From Podarcis cretensis (Eukaryota): a DNA stretch of 64,000 bases. The stretch covers positions 56,792,001 through 56,856,000 of the forward strand of contig OX638153.1 of assembly GCA_951804945.1 (NCBI GenBank), read 5' to 3'. A model generated the notes under the pieces. That model was not told the origin of the DNA. It did not search any database and was given only the letters and a program-made list of their open reading frames with translations. The stretch's first letter is position 1. Each line of letters starts with the position of its first letter. A program made the position numbers and the translations under genes. Shown here piece by piece: positions 36,801 to 50,109 of the stretch.

Positions 36801-39800
36801 AGAGCACAATCCAATGTGTGCAGTTTTTGTTAACCATTAGCTCAAGCTCCTGAAAATAATGGGAGCCTTGGCCAACAAAAATAAAGACTTTAAGGGAAGT
36901 ACAAACCACTGTACTAGGAATGTGTCCCTTTCTAGAGTGTTGCTCCCAAAAGGAACACTTTGTTCCGCAGAATCTGTGGCTGAAGCCTCAAAGTAAACTG
37001 TAGTTACCAAGTAAATAAATCTCTTGGCACCCAACTAAGCTTTTACATTCTAGGAAAATGAATATTAACATCCTTGCTCGTGGCAGCGTGCCTCTGATAC
37101 AGCCTTGACCCATGCTAGGAAAGATTAAGTCAGAAGACTTTTCAGCATCTGCTAGCTAGACAACAGTGGTGCCAGGACTCTGGGCAGACGTCCAGGACCC
37201 CACTTGGCAAAATGAACAAGAGGGATGGCTTATCACATGTTGAAGTAAAAGCCCATTAAGGACAGAGTCTAAAATTACCTAACCACCACTGTTCAACAAG
37301 TGCTGCCTTTTGCAAAACACAGGCCCAATCCTTCAGAATACGACTGAGCAAACCGTTATAAATTTGTGCCATTTGGGTAATAAGCTAATTATTTTGCATA
37401 TCTATGTGGGTTGGGAAATTAGCTATGTCTTTCCTGCTATCAGGATCTCTTCCTTTATATTCCCGTTGATTCTAGTGAGTTTGTGAAGACTGCCTGCTAC
37501 TCCTATCATCTTCCTAAACCTTTTGTCAGCTGCACTTCCCAGACATACCAAGATGGTGATGATGATATTTTGCCTCCTGCACATTTTCCTTGAAGTGTTA
37601 ACACCTTACCCCACAACACAACATTTTACCACTTCTGCTTAGGTATTGTGTTCTGACACATCTTCTGTCAGCTAGAATTTATGTGCACGTAAATACTTTT
37701 TAATTGATGTATTAGATTAATTTAGGGGCCCCCAAATTTTGTTGGGCCAAGGAACACATCTGGAAATCTAAGTTGTGGACACCACACAATACTGCTTTCA
37801 CAGAAGAGAAACTGACACTGCTCTGAACTCCCACTCCAAAACCAGGCAAATCACACAAACACACCAGTCAAAACACAAAAAGCAGGCAACAACAACCCCC
37901 TGCCCAAAGGCAAACCCCCGCAACCAAACAGCTGACACAAATACACCAATACAATTCATTTAAAAAATTGACCAGGGGACTGGTGGACGGCAAGGGCAGT
38001 GCCATCCTGGGACCCCAGATTTAATAGTTTGTTATATAGTGTAGGTCTTTGTTTATGGAATGATATTTTAGGTGAACTGGATTAATTCATTGTTCTAGTT
38101 GTAATTTGAAGCTGGTTTGAATAAGTTGTTGCTGAGCTGGTGAGATGATATGAAATTCTAGCTCAACCCAATGTGTGTACAATTTCAAAATCATCAAGAC
38201 ATACCACTGGTGCAGGAAGTATGTTCTAGCTGTAATTGGTTAGTTTATCCTTTGATCATAAAATATTACAAAGAACACAGGTGCAGTATATTTTGGCATT
38301 TGATTATTTTGGTGAACAGGCATTTTCCCTTCAAATTGGAATAACACACTAAGTGGAAAAGAATTGTGTATTTAGGCTGCTTAAGTGTGCTTTGAGTGAA
38401 CTTGGGTTCAAAGAATGACTCCAAAATTCACTCTGAGTGAAATTGCATGGGACTATGAACATTCAGAATGTTGTAAACTAGATGTAAAATCACGCTTTTA
38501 TTCTGCTCCCTGTTGTCCTCTGAAGTGTTACTGCCTTCTATCACACTTTCATAGTAACTGCTTTGAACTGATTTCTTTAGAGTGTTTCGTATACAGGGAA
38601 AGAGAGCAGAGAAGAATAAATCAATCAAGATGAAGAACTGAGAAATGAAAAGAAAGGAATTACAAGTCCAAACTAATATTGAAGTGTACAAGTTAAGAAA
38701 GGAGGAAATCATATTTTATCATAAAAATAAGATCTGTATTTAGATATTAAACTCGGGTTTCCTTCAGTCGTTCCTATGTATTATAGCCATGTATAATTGC
38801 ATCTTATAGTTGCTGTGCATCATAGTGCCTGACAGCTGTAGGGCTTTGAAGGGTTCTGAATTTTCCTGCCTCAGTAAATTCTAAGAACATAGTAATAAAG
38901 GCAACGTCTGTCCCAAGACAGACTCACTACAGATACCAGCTCCTTCAAGCACAGCACCAAGAATATGATGCTTCTCCAAGCTTCACTTTTCACCATATAA
39001 CATAGGCAGTTCCAAACTCACTTAAAACAGTTTTTGATTGCAGTTCTATGACTTCCAGAAATGCTCAGTACTTCACATGTTGCTTGAACACATAAAATGA
39101 CCCATTGTTCAGCTTGATGAATTTCCCATTAATTAGTGGGTCTCATCTTGAATAGCTTCAGGGAGATGACAATGACCCTGTAGTATTTGCTTTGTGATTA
39201 CTTTCCTTGGTTTCCATAGGAAAGGAAGTGTAAGTATGTAGCTTTTTACAGCAGATTGTGACTTTATAAAGCTAGCTCTTATTAATGGCTTCAGTACCCT
39301 TTCTTAAGGGCTTAAACTACCCCTCTTTGTTCCAAAACAAGAACACTCTTACAAAGCATTGCTTGCACAGTGGTAAGCCATGCCTCTTTCTCAACCTCTT
39401 CGCTGCGGCACAGCTAGACTGTCATCAGCAGGCATGCACCAATCAAATTGGATCCTTGCTGTATACATAGTGAACATTTATTTTTGATACACACACAGAG
39501 TAATTGTCGCCATGTTTGCTCATAAGGAAACTTCCAAAGATCATATTAAGCCAACCCAAATGTCATGAAATAGCATGCAGGTTCTGGGAGACTTCAAAGC
39601 TTACATGCCACTTTGATCGCCTTAATAAAAGTGTTGCTCTGATATAGACTTTGGAATTTATTCTTATATTTGCCATTAAAAATGCACACAGAATTGCGGA
39701 CAAGGCCAGATTATCCATGGTGCAACTGAAGAAATTTCACCAGGGCCCACGTCAGCAGAGGACCCCCGAGCCTGAGCTTTCATTAAAAAATAAATAAAAG

Positions 39801-39914
39801 TAAGTGTCTAGCGCTCCCAGAAAGTTTTATGAATCAAAATATGCAGGGTACCAACCTGACTGGGGATAAGATTTCCCTGAAGCTGGGGACACAGCTTGGT
39901 TGAGGTGACCAGCT

Positions 39915-40260
39915 AATTAAGAACAATCCAGCTGGATCAGACCAAAGCCCTATCAAGTGCAGCATCCTGCTCTCAGTGTGACCAACCAGATGCCTGTGGG
40001 AAGTACGTAAGGAGGACATGAACAGAACAGCCCTCTCCCAGCAACTGGTATTCAGAAGCCTAGTGCCTCCAATTCTTGAGATAGTACACAGTCATCCTGG
40101 CTAATAGCCACTGATAGCCAAATCCTCCATGAAAAGTGGATTGCTATTACAACAGATTGTGGGAGTGAATGCCATCATTTTAACTATGTGCTGTGTGAAG
40201 TCCTGTATGTCCTGAATCTTCCAACATTCAACTTCTTTAGAGGACACCAGGTTTTAGCAT
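39915..40260 (-). mobile_element. Decayed CR1-like/SINE 3' fragment (related sequence at about 8620-8810)
   Basis: Shared gctggatcagacc...agcatcctg...accagatgcc...cagcaactggtattcaga sequence recurs in the window in the opposite orientation. Confidence 0.5.
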
Positions 40261-40289
40261 GATGTGAGGGAGGGGGGAAAATTCTTATC

Positions 40290-40425
40290 CAGGCATGGCC
40301 AAACTTGGCCCTCCAGCTGTTTTGGGAGTACAACTCCCATCATCCCTAGCTAACAGGACCAGTGGTCAGGGATGATGGGAATTGTAGTCCGAAAACAGCT
40401 GGAGGGCCAAGTTTGGCCATGCCTG
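40290..40425. mobile_element. 136-bp palindromic hAT MITE, same family as 10036
   Basis: CAGGCATGGCCAAACTTGGCCCTCCAG...CTGGAGGGCCAAGTTTGGCCATGCCTG; TSD TTCTTATC/CTCTTATC. Confidence 0.88.
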
Positions 40426-43400
40426 CTCTTATCCTTTCCCACGCCTGCATAATAGTATAGACCTCCATCATATACTCTCTTTACTAGGTTTTGTTTTTCT
40501 CAACTGAAAAGCTCCGAATGTTGTAACATTTCCTCATAAGGGAGTTATTTATTGGGCAAGGCGTTGGACCAGCTTGTTCTGATTGTTCTATGAAGTTCTC
40601 AGATATGGGATAAAAAAAGGCAGAGAAATTAAACTATGCTTTCAGACAGGAGTTGCTTAGAGAAGCGCAAGGTCCTTGGTAGGGTAAATGTTGCATGATG
40701 TCTATTCCTTTGGGCTGTCCCGTCATCGTGTCAGAATGAATGTCATCCACTGAAGATTGTATTAGCTGATGAGATGCATTTGCTCTGTGGTACCCACATT
40801 CATGGTACTTGCGAGACATTTGCAGTGAGCAACCCAGCACTTACTAGAGCCAGTCTTTCCTTTCTTGTTGGGCAATAACGGTCCAGTTTAAGAAGATCTT
40901 ACTGGGAAGGGATGTTAAAAACTGACCAAAGCTGTAGGAATAATGAGAATGAACCATGCTTATTAGTCCCTTTTTGGTGGCCCTCCACAACATTTGATGC
41001 TCCCCCGCAGCCCTTGTCTACCTTACCAAAGCTGGTAAGCCAGGTGCTGGGCTTTGGGAAGAAGGCGTGAGGGCTCTGTCAGGGTCCCTGAGTCCTTGTG
41101 CCTCCTTCCTAAAGCCAAGTTAGTGCTTTCCCAGCTTTGGGAAGGAGGTGGGGAGGGCTCTAGGACTCTGCCAGAGCCTCACACCTCCTTCCCAAAGCCA
41201 AATGCTTCACTAGCTTAACTGGGAAGGCAGCCCAAGGGCTGAGGGGGTGTGTGTCAAATATTCACACTCCCCTTCCCACAAGGCAGTGTGCAGCCTGTGG
41301 GTTCCGTGTTGAAGTCCTCTTGCAACCCACTTGGGATGAAAAGTTGGGCCACCCAGCTCTAGACATTGCCCAAACATCAAACACTGATTTGTCTGAATGT
41401 GCGATAATTGATTTGGAAAGAGATTATAACCCAGAAAAGTTTGAAGTCAGAATATCACCAAGGACAAACAGGCTGCCTCAAGACATGTCATCTTTATTTA
41501 TTTGTGCCTTACAGAAGAGGAGGAAAGAATGTGAGCAAAACAGTTTCTCTTAGTTCAGGAAACTATTGCAGTGAAACTGATAGGACATAATGGTTTTGTG
41601 TGCTCAAACCTTGTGGCAGGATGCATTAATGCAAACACATCACAATAACACACAATCTTCAGCTTCTGCAGAAAGCAAATTCTGCTGGCAATTTTAAGGC
41701 ATTGAAAGAAAATCCACACTAGTAAGTTCTATATAAAACTTGGCACATATTCAAATGGTAGACTGAAAAGGTACACTGAAGGTTAGCAGATCCAGATGGA
41801 GGATTGGATTCTATCTTATCAGGATTCCTTTTTGAGAAAATAGTAGGTGTGAATCTTTCCTCCCTGTGACTCTACTTGTTTGCAAACATGTGAATTTAGT
41901 CTGCCAGTGTCTTGAAATGGTCAGAATTTCATTAATCAGTCTACAGCACCAGTTTACCAAGCAGAAGTGATTCTGTGTATGTGTGTGTAGCTGCATCATT
42001 TCCAAGTCTGGCTGGCAAGGCTAACAAATATGCTCCTCTAAGTCTATTAGAGAAAAGTCAGAAGAACCACTACAATTCACTGGTGAGGTTATCATGTGGC
42101 AGTGAGTACATTTAAGAAAATACATTAAGAAAAAATACCTTAATAGTATGTTATTAACAAACTTTGTCTCTAATACAGCACATAGAACCCATATTGCTTT
42201 CCATAATAGAGAAATAAGCAGCTGGCATAATTCTACACTCCTTTTCTAATGGTGAATCAAAAGCCAGGATATCCATGGTTTTGAGTTGCCGATTGTGGCG
42301 ATAGGAAACAGCAGATATCTAAGCTTTTGAAACGATGTTAGGAATCTGTGCTCTAGAAGACTCAAGAGAGTGGATCTTTTTTCTTTTAGCCTTATTTTCA
42401 TATAAGGCTAAAGCTAAAATCTAGGAACTGATTACAACACACCTGTTTCCTTTATTCTTAAATTGCTGGCACTACTGATTGTAAGCAATTACTATTTTAA
42501 ATCTACAAATATGGCACAAAGTGAAATGGACAGCACAATGGTTCACAATGTAATCACAGAAATGTCTGTCCATGCTTCTAACAGAAAAACAGGGCTCTAA
42601 TACTCCAAAAAATCTATCATGTAGGTTTTTAAAAAAAGGAAGAATGCACCAGGTTTAGCTAGTGAGATAACAAAGATATATTTAAGTGCATCTTCACTAT
42701 GTGCTATCATATGACAAGAGAGCTCCCATGTGCATTGGTACAGAAAGTTGGTCCACAGTTACTGTGTGGCTTAGTATTTATCTTCCTAAAGACATTTGCA
42801 CCTTATAAATGTCAGTAGCTTCCACCTAGTATTTTTGAATGCATTGTGCTTCTTTCTAGAATACACCAACCACACAGCAAGGCAAACAAAATGCCCTGTT
42901 TTCTCTACCCCTGTGGTCCAGAAGAACTGGAAACAGAATAAATCATCTAATTACTTGCCTTCAAGAGGCGGGTAATGAAGATTAATCTGTACTTCCCTGA
43001 CAAGGTGCAATTGCTGGATATTTTGTATCTTACCTGTGAAGGAGGTTCACTTTTCAACTGATTCTGAATAGCAGGTTCAGCAATTAAGTCAGACATCATG
43101 AAGGAGTCCTGAGTCATTAACTATAATGTGTAGGTTTTAACTTTTTCTACTAGCTGCACTTCTGAGACTTCCCTCTTTGCTTAATTTAGAAATTGTGAGA
43201 TCTGGCTATTACATAACTGCAGTTTGGCAACTAGTTTTCCTATAGAGTCCCTCCCCGCCCCCGGAAAATAATCAAACTTTGAGCCCCCTCCCCTTTCTTT
43301 CCTCCTAGTGATTCTGGATGTGGTGCTCTTACTAAACTAGTCTAGTAATGTGAAACATTAGAACTTTATGTGTACATGAGCTGGTAAGCACCTTAATTCA

Positions 43401-43471
43401 GGCATAGGCAATTTAAAGGTCTAAGCTATATTGTTCCCTCCTTAAAGGTTCATTGTACTTAAGGTGAAAGG

Positions 43472-43784
43472 TTACACTTTTTGGTTTGTAGCACCCCCCT
43501 CTTCCAGATTTGTTCGTTCAGTTTTCTTAGTGGATGTTATGGTCTCCTCAATCATTTCAGCAAAGGCTTCCCCTACTTGGCTTGATGAGATTTTTGAAGC
43601 CAATTTAGCCTCTTCTTTCTCCTCTTTCTTAAAAGAGAAATTGGGGGATATTTTGGAACTGCTGGCCATAGAGGAACTGAAGAACCTGGGTTGGAAGGAG
43701 TAAGTGGGGTTGGAAGGGGGATTCATTGATGAAATGCTGATGCTTGAAGTGCTAAAACGTGTCTCCTCACCCTCCAGCAGTTTC
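43472..43784 (-). CDS. INA: INA exon 3 (tail, coding part)
   Basis: [30 protein letters not shown]...ATNQKV-stop; ttacag acceptor. Confidence 0.95.
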
Positions 43785-46700
43785 CTGTAAACACCAGAGA
43801 AGGAGAGATTATTATTATTTGGGGTTCAATCCAGGATTAAGCACATTTATGAAGAGGTGGGACCATTTCTAGTCCCTATGTTGGTTAAAAGCAGAAGACT
43901 AAAAGAGGGGTGAGTAACCAAGCATTTTTTCATGCCCCAAAGACCCACAGGAATTTGAAAATATTTGCAGATTTTTAAAAATCCCCTACGTTGTTTAACA
44001 TCTGTATGAAATCGCTAAGTAGGGTCACCTAGAATCTTGAGCACGTAGTCAGGAATATTCTGATGACACAGAGCTCTACTTCTCAATGACATCTACAAGT
44101 GTGGCAGTAGATGTACTGGACCAATGTCTTGCCTCAATAATGGACGCTCAATTGAAGCTCAATCCAGATAAGACTGAGGAACTGTTAGTGTGTGGTTCCC
44201 TAGACTGGATGAATTAGAGTTGGCCTGCTCTTAATGGGGTTACACTCACTCTGAAGGAGCAGGTACATAACTTGGGATCCATCACTGGTGCTTGAAGTTC
44301 AGGTGACCTCAGTGATGTAGAATGCCTTCCATCAGCTTAAGTAGGTGGCCCAGCTATGCTCCTATCTGTACATATGCTGTCCACACTTTGGTAACCTCTA
44401 GGTTAGATTACTGTAGTGCATTATATGTGGGGCTGCCTTTGAAAGGCAATTTATAAACTGCAGCTGCTGCCAAATTTAGTGGCAGTCATGAAGAATACAA
44501 CTCATAGGTGCAGGGTGGAGTTGGGTAAAAGACCTACTGTCAGGCATGATCAAATGAGAGGTGTCAGAGGTGTCTGTACATATGCTATTTCCTCTACTTA
44601 AGGGATTCTGTAGGAAGACACAGCAGCTTTTAAGAGCATAAACTATACCCTGTTACTTACAACCACATCTTCCAGAGGGGTGTTTTTTTTTTGTTGCAGC
44701 AGACAGAGTCTTATAGCTGTTTAAAGACCAGCAAATGTATTATGATATAAGCCACAGGTGGAGAACCTATGGCCCTCCAGGTATTGCTGGACTATAAGCC
44801 ATACTGGCTGGGGCTGATGGGAATTGGAACCAACATCTAAGCGGCCACGGGTGCCTCACCTTTCGTATAAGCTATAAAAGCTTATCCCACAAAAAAAAAT
44901 TCATTATTATTTTAGGTGTCACTATATGAACTAGAATATGTTAATTTATAAAATGTATACTAAAAACACCTAGTTTTACTATACTTTATCTACTCTCAAT
45001 GCATTGCATTACCATCAATGCAAAATGGTGGTAAAGCTTCCTAGTGAGCAGCGCTAAATTGACTCCCACCAGCCACTAGGATAGGGTTGGATTTCATCAC
45101 AGCCTATTTTGGTGCTATGCTGTTTACATAACCAACATGCAAGCAGGGCTTTGATAGTCACTGTTACCTGTATGCTGCTATCTCTATATCCAGGGCCATT
45201 TTGACATTGAGCAAATCTTGGTATTCTCTCAGATGCCGAGCCATTTCACTTTTTGTGTCTCTCAGGTCACTCTCCAGCTGACTGACAGTGTCCTGTAATT
45301 CAGACGGACAGATATAAAACTGATATTTTAAAGCCAAAGATGTTGCTGAGCAGCTTCTTTTCCTCTTAGAATGGAACTGTGGCAAAATCAGCAATATTGT
45401 ACATGCATTTGCACAAAACAACATGCAAATTCAGGTCTACAATTAAAACATGTATAAGCCTGCATGACAGCTTTCTGGGTACATGACAGCTTTCTGGGTA
45501 TGACCACCATGAAGTCCTATGTGGAAAACTGGATGGGATTTCTCTCAGTGTTCCAGAACACAGACACAACCCTCTCCTATATGAAGCTATTCAAGTATTA
45601 TTGTTTATCCTTGGAGGACTTTCTCTGGATTCTGCCCCCCCCCCAAGCACACACTGCTGGAGGAGAAGTGGGTGATGATCAAATATAGCTACCCTTACAG
45701 CTACAGTGCCCCAAATTTGTAAACTCGGATGAAGACCCCAGCCATTTGGGATTTGCTTAAGGAAAATGGTTCACACCAGCAATGTATAAAGGGCACCTTT
45801 ATTTCACATATACCAAAAGCTCAGTGTCAAGTATTTGCAGCAATGATTCTGTATCTCTGATTGAATCAGAAGCTGTTTTTCCACATTGCTTAAGTTACAC
45901 ATTTCCGCTAACAAATTTGCATTCAGAATCTTGGCCAAGTAAATGCTCCTGCTACACCTGTACAGTTGCTAACTAGGTCCGCCATTTGATTATAGAAATC
46001 TTAGTTGATTAATCATAGGACTTGTAAGTTGTTAACTCATTAAATTTGCATATTAATATGGCAGTCTTTCTTATGAAGAAAGCTTCCCCCGTTTAAATGA
46101 TGTATGCATGTATTACAGAAGATTGCCAAATAATTGGGGGATTTTTTTAATCATCACAATTTTCAGCCCTAATTCTAGCCCTAGCTGTTGATATGTATGC
46201 CTTTAAAACTAATCAACAGACTCACCTACATAAGATGCAATTCCTAGAATTCCTCTTTTAATGTAATACAGCTTCAGTTTGCAATATGTTAAAGGGGGAG
46301 CAGTGCAAGCTTAACTTAGAATGTGTGTATCCTTTATGTAGCCAAAACAGTACCTCCCATGCACAAGAAACCTATAGACGAAAAATTCCTAAAATTTCCC
46401 CCCAACAGCCCAATGATGACAGAGCATTTTCAGTTGCCAAGGAATGCTGACCGTCCAAGAGGGAAAAGTGAGGAGGAGTAACAAAACTAATGCACTATCC
46501 TGGAAGATCCAATGTCTGGCAGGCACCCTGAACAGAAGCATACCATATTTTCTTACTGGCTCCACTAGCTAACAGTAGATTGATTGCAATGCATCTTGTT
46601 CAGTACCATGGAGAGAGATATAGTTTTCTCCGCTGTCTTTTAGCTTCAGTTCAGGCTGAGCCCTACTCCTCTTAAGAAGCAGGGAGATGTTAGAAGAGGT

Positions 46701-48612
46701 ATAATTCCTCACAGATTAGAGGGAGGGATGTCCCAAAGCTGACACCACCCTTTTCACTATTCAAACCCAGGAACTGTGAAAACACTAAGCAGGCACAGTA
46801 TCCAGATGTGGAAATCAGTTATTCCTCAATATGAAACCACTGCACAACCAGGGGCGTAGCCAGGATTTTTGGAGGGCTTTTGTTAGGGTGGGGGCAGAAC
46901 CTCAGATTTGTTTTGATTTTTTTGATTTGGGGGCAGCTGCCCCCTCTGGCTATGCCCATGTGCACAAAGAATTAACATGAGACTGGCGGGACAGACGGAC
47001 ACACCATCAAAACACTTCATGGATAAGAGGTTCTGTTTATGGGCCCAACTGCACTACAGTCAGGAGCTCCATGGTAAACTGTTAAGAGCTTTCAAGGTGC
47101 CCAGAGAAATAAGCATGCAAGTGATACCCTTGAATGGCTTTTCTAAAAGACACCTGCACAAAAAGCAAAACTCCTAGCCTGTCTTAACACCCCATCCAGG
47201 TGGAATGTGTTGACAGATTTTCCCCACCCCTCCTAGCAGCCAGCTAGCAGATTTTTGGAAACGAGATTCTCAAACGTCTAAGGGCAGCCGGAGGCTTCCA
47301 ACCACTGGCCTTAAGTCTGCTGTGAATGGACCAGTGGTCTGATTCAGCACATGACAGGCGACAACTTTCATCCTGAGCCAACCCAGAGATCAGTTTCCTG
47401 CAGCTTTCTGCGGCTAGTGATCGGAAGCCACCGGGGGAGGGGTGGGTGGAGAAGCGGCGCTTACGTGCGCGGTAGGGGACGAGCGCGCTAAGGCGATCGT
47501 CAGCGTCTGGCCACGAGGTGTGTCCTCGGGCGCGGTGCGGAGAATGACGACGCCGCGCCTGCGCGGAAAGGCGACCCCCCCCTCTGCCCGCCCGCCCTCA
47601 CCTGCAAGCCGACGGCCTCGGCGTGGTGGCGCTCCTCCATCTCGTGCAGCTGCCGCTCGAGGGACTCGTTGGCGCCGCGCAGGCTCTCCACCTCGAGGGT
47701 GCGCGCCTGCAGCTGGCGGCGGTACTCTCCGATCTCCTCGCGGCTGGCGCGGATGGCCTCGTTGCTGCGCGCCGCCTGCTCGCTCAGGTTGGCGAACTTG
47801 CCGCGGTACCAGTCCTCGGCCGCCTGCAGGTTCTTGGCGGCCAGCACCTCGTACTGGCCGCGCAGCTCCTTGAGGGCCGCCGTCAGGTCGGCCTTGGGGG
47901 CGTCCGGCTCGACGGCGGCCAGCGCAGGCGCCTGCAGCGAGGCGCTCAGCTCGGCCAGCTCCTCCGAGTGCACTTTGCGCACGAAGGCCAGCTCGTCCAG
48001 CAGCGCCTCCACCTTCTTCTCCAGCGCCAGGCGCGCCAGCGTGGCGCCGTCCACCTCGCGCTGCTGCGCCCGCAGCGCCTGCTCGGCCTCGGCCCGGGCG
48101 CGGGCCTCGTCCTCGCAGTGCGCCCGCAAGCGCTGCACTTCCTCGGCCAGCCGCTCGCGGTCCAGCGCCGCCTGCGCCCGGGAGGCCTCCGTCTCCTCCA
48201 GCTGGGCGCGCAGCTCGCGCAGCTCGGCCTGGAACAGCTCGGCCAGCCGGCTGGGCTCGGCGTGGCGCTGCCGCAAGGCGCCCAGCTCGCTCTCCAGCAG
48301 CCGGTTGTGCTGCTCCAGCTGCCGCACTTTCTCGATGTAGCCGGCGAAGCGGTCGTTGAGGCCCTGCAGCTGCTCCTTCTCGTTGGTGCGCGTCAGGCGG
48401 AATTCGTCGTGCACCGCCGCCGCCTGGCTCAGCTCCAGGCTCTCCGCCTGCGCCAGCCGGTACGAGACGGCATGGCTGCTTCGGGACACCGACTGCGAGC
48501 GGTAGCTGCTGCCCGCCGTCGAGCTGCCCAGGCGGGAGGAGTAGCGGGGAGGCTCCCCGAAGATCTTCCTGTAGGAAGAGGCCAAGTAGTGAGAATCCGA
48601 TCCGAAATTCAT
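43472..48612 (-). CDS. INA: Alpha-internexin (type IV neuronal intermediate filament), 482 aa: join(47602..48612, 45168..45292, 43472..43784)
   Basis: Head [19 protein letters not shown]; rod start [15 protein letters not shown]; rod end [30 protein letters not shown]; INA-type tail ([12 protein letters not shown]). Three-exon type IV layout, 1449 nt in frame. Confidence 0.96.
44090..44480 (+). mobile_element. Degenerate L2 LINE RT fragment in INA intron 2
   Basis: Decayed motifs (ctgaagctcaatccagataagactgag = KLNPDKTE; ttagattactgt = LDYC). Confidence 0.7.
45168..45292 (-). CDS. INA: INA exon 2
   Basis: [42 protein letters not shown]; ttacag acceptor, gtaaca donor. Confidence 0.96.
45463..45500. 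repeat. Perfect 19-bp tandem duplication CATGACAGCTTTCTGGGTA x2
   Basis: Read directly, in INA intron 1. Confidence 0.9.
46849..46960. mobile_element. Short hAT-type MITE in INA intron 1
   Basis: TIRs CAGGGGCGTAGCCAG and CTGGCTATGCCCATG; TSD TGCACAAC/TGCACAAA. Confidence 0.75.
47602..48612 (-). CDS. INA: INA exon 1 (head and most of the rod)
   Basis: 337 codons ending AVGLQ|gtgagg; CpG island. Confidence 0.96.
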
Positions 48613-48650
48613 CCTGGAGGCAGTAGAGAGGCTCCCTGCGCCGTCCGTGC

Positions 48651-48803
48651 TTTATATAGGGAGGCGGGTCGCCCGTCGCGCCGCAGAAAGGCGGGGGTGG
48701 GGGGAAGCTGCACTTTTAGGGCGCGGTCGAGGGGAGGAGATTGGGATGTAAGGGACAGGCGGGGGGGGGTGAGGATGCTGGGGCGCTCTGGCAGTCCCAT
48801 TGG
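48651..48803 (-). promoter_or_regulatory. INA core promoter: TATA box (48651-48658), GC boxes, CCAAT (48799-48803)
   Basis: TATATAAA on the minus strand about 40 bp upstream of the ATG, with GC-rich tracts and CCAAT further upstream. Confidence 0.75.
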
Positions 48804-49152
48804 GCGTAAGCAGCGGATTTTGGGGTGCGGGTGGAAGGGCTGCTCCTCCACAGGGTGATAGAGCTTGGTATATTTAGGAACGATGGTCATTGCTTTGCAG
48901 AGTAGCGGAGGTAAGCGGAGGTGAAAAACTTGGGCTCCCCCTGACTAAGAAGGAAGACGGTAGAGCAGAAAATTCCCCGCCTGTCGGGGAATGGGAAGCA
49001 GCTGGCGCTGCTGGCTGAAATCTTGGGGCTCACCTCTGAGGAAGGATAGAGGGCTTGGAGGGACCTGGTGGTGCTGATGGTGCATCTTTCCGGTCCTAGC
49101 TTCGCATTCCCAACTGACTTTGCTAGGAAGCATGACAGGGAGAAATGCTGAT

Positions 49153-49181
49153 GGAGCTGTCCATTTTGCCGCAGTGCTGAT
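49153..49181 (-). promoter_or_regulatory. Candidate non-canonical (10-bp spacer) REST/NRSF RE1 element
   Basis: Minus strand ATCAGCACT-gcggcaaaat-GGACAGCTCC: both RE1 half-sites in the correct order, about 540 bp upstream of a neuronal gene. Confidence 0.55.
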
Positions 49182-50109
49182 GTCAGTTCTTCCCACCGGC
49201 TGCCGCTGAAGGTTGGGGACGGTTCCACCCAGCGCAAGCTGTTTTGGCTCTTGGAGATAGACAGTTATGATATACAGAACTGCTAGGCTCCGTATCCCTT
49301 AACCAGCTTCCCAATGCTGTTGTTTCTCTGAACCATAGAGCCAGTTTCTTTCTCAGGGTAGGCCTGTGTGTGTTAAGTAATGGAGCTCTTCAATTCAGTC
49401 AGAACATTTGCTTTGTTGTACTGTGCACAAACAGTAAAGAAGACTGGAGGGTAACACTTATTGATTGCTGCAGTGAGGAAGAAGAGAAAGACAGGAGTGT
49501 CCTAGATTTGCTAAGGGAATGAATTTAGAGTGGGAAGATTAGAGTATATTAAACATACTGCAGTGTAGTAGGACCTTGAAGATCCTGCAAAACTGTAGTT
49601 GCATCCTGTTATCATATTGCGTTATCATATTGTGCTCTTAAACCGGGGGAATATACTATTTCATTAGAACAACTCAGTCTGATAAGAATATGTAAATGTG
49701 GTTTTCAGAATGAATTTCAGCAGGACTGCAGGAGTGTTCTTAGGAGGAAGTGTTTTGCTGTAGATGATTTGTAGTGCCAGTATTAACACATGCAGCCACA
49801 GTTTCCCTGATCACAGCACCAAGGAAGGAAGGTGAAAACATTTGCATCCATGACTCTGCATGATACATTGCCCTTGCCTAACATGAACAGTCTTTTAAAA
49901 ATATTGTTTGTGTTCAGAAAATACACTACTAAAATGTGTGATTTAAATCCTATCATCTCAACATGGTATTTAGTCTGGCATTTCTCTGTGGAGATGTACA
50001 TATTCTCTAGGTGAGACCATACCCCAAACCTGGAATTCAGTTCTCTGTAGCAGGGTTGCAGGAACTTTTTCTGCCCCTGGGCCACATTCTCTTGTGGGCA
50101 ACCTTTTAC

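Noticed and set aside
47343-47360. RE1-like TTCAGCACATGACAGGCG in INA intron 1
   Set aside because: Half-sites are too close together and degenerate, and the motif sits in what looks like a decayed SINE remnant.
47442-48858. Long plus-strand ORFs (411, 223 and 143 aa)
   Set aside because: Antisense shadows of the very GC-rich INA exon 1; low complexity with no recognisable domain.
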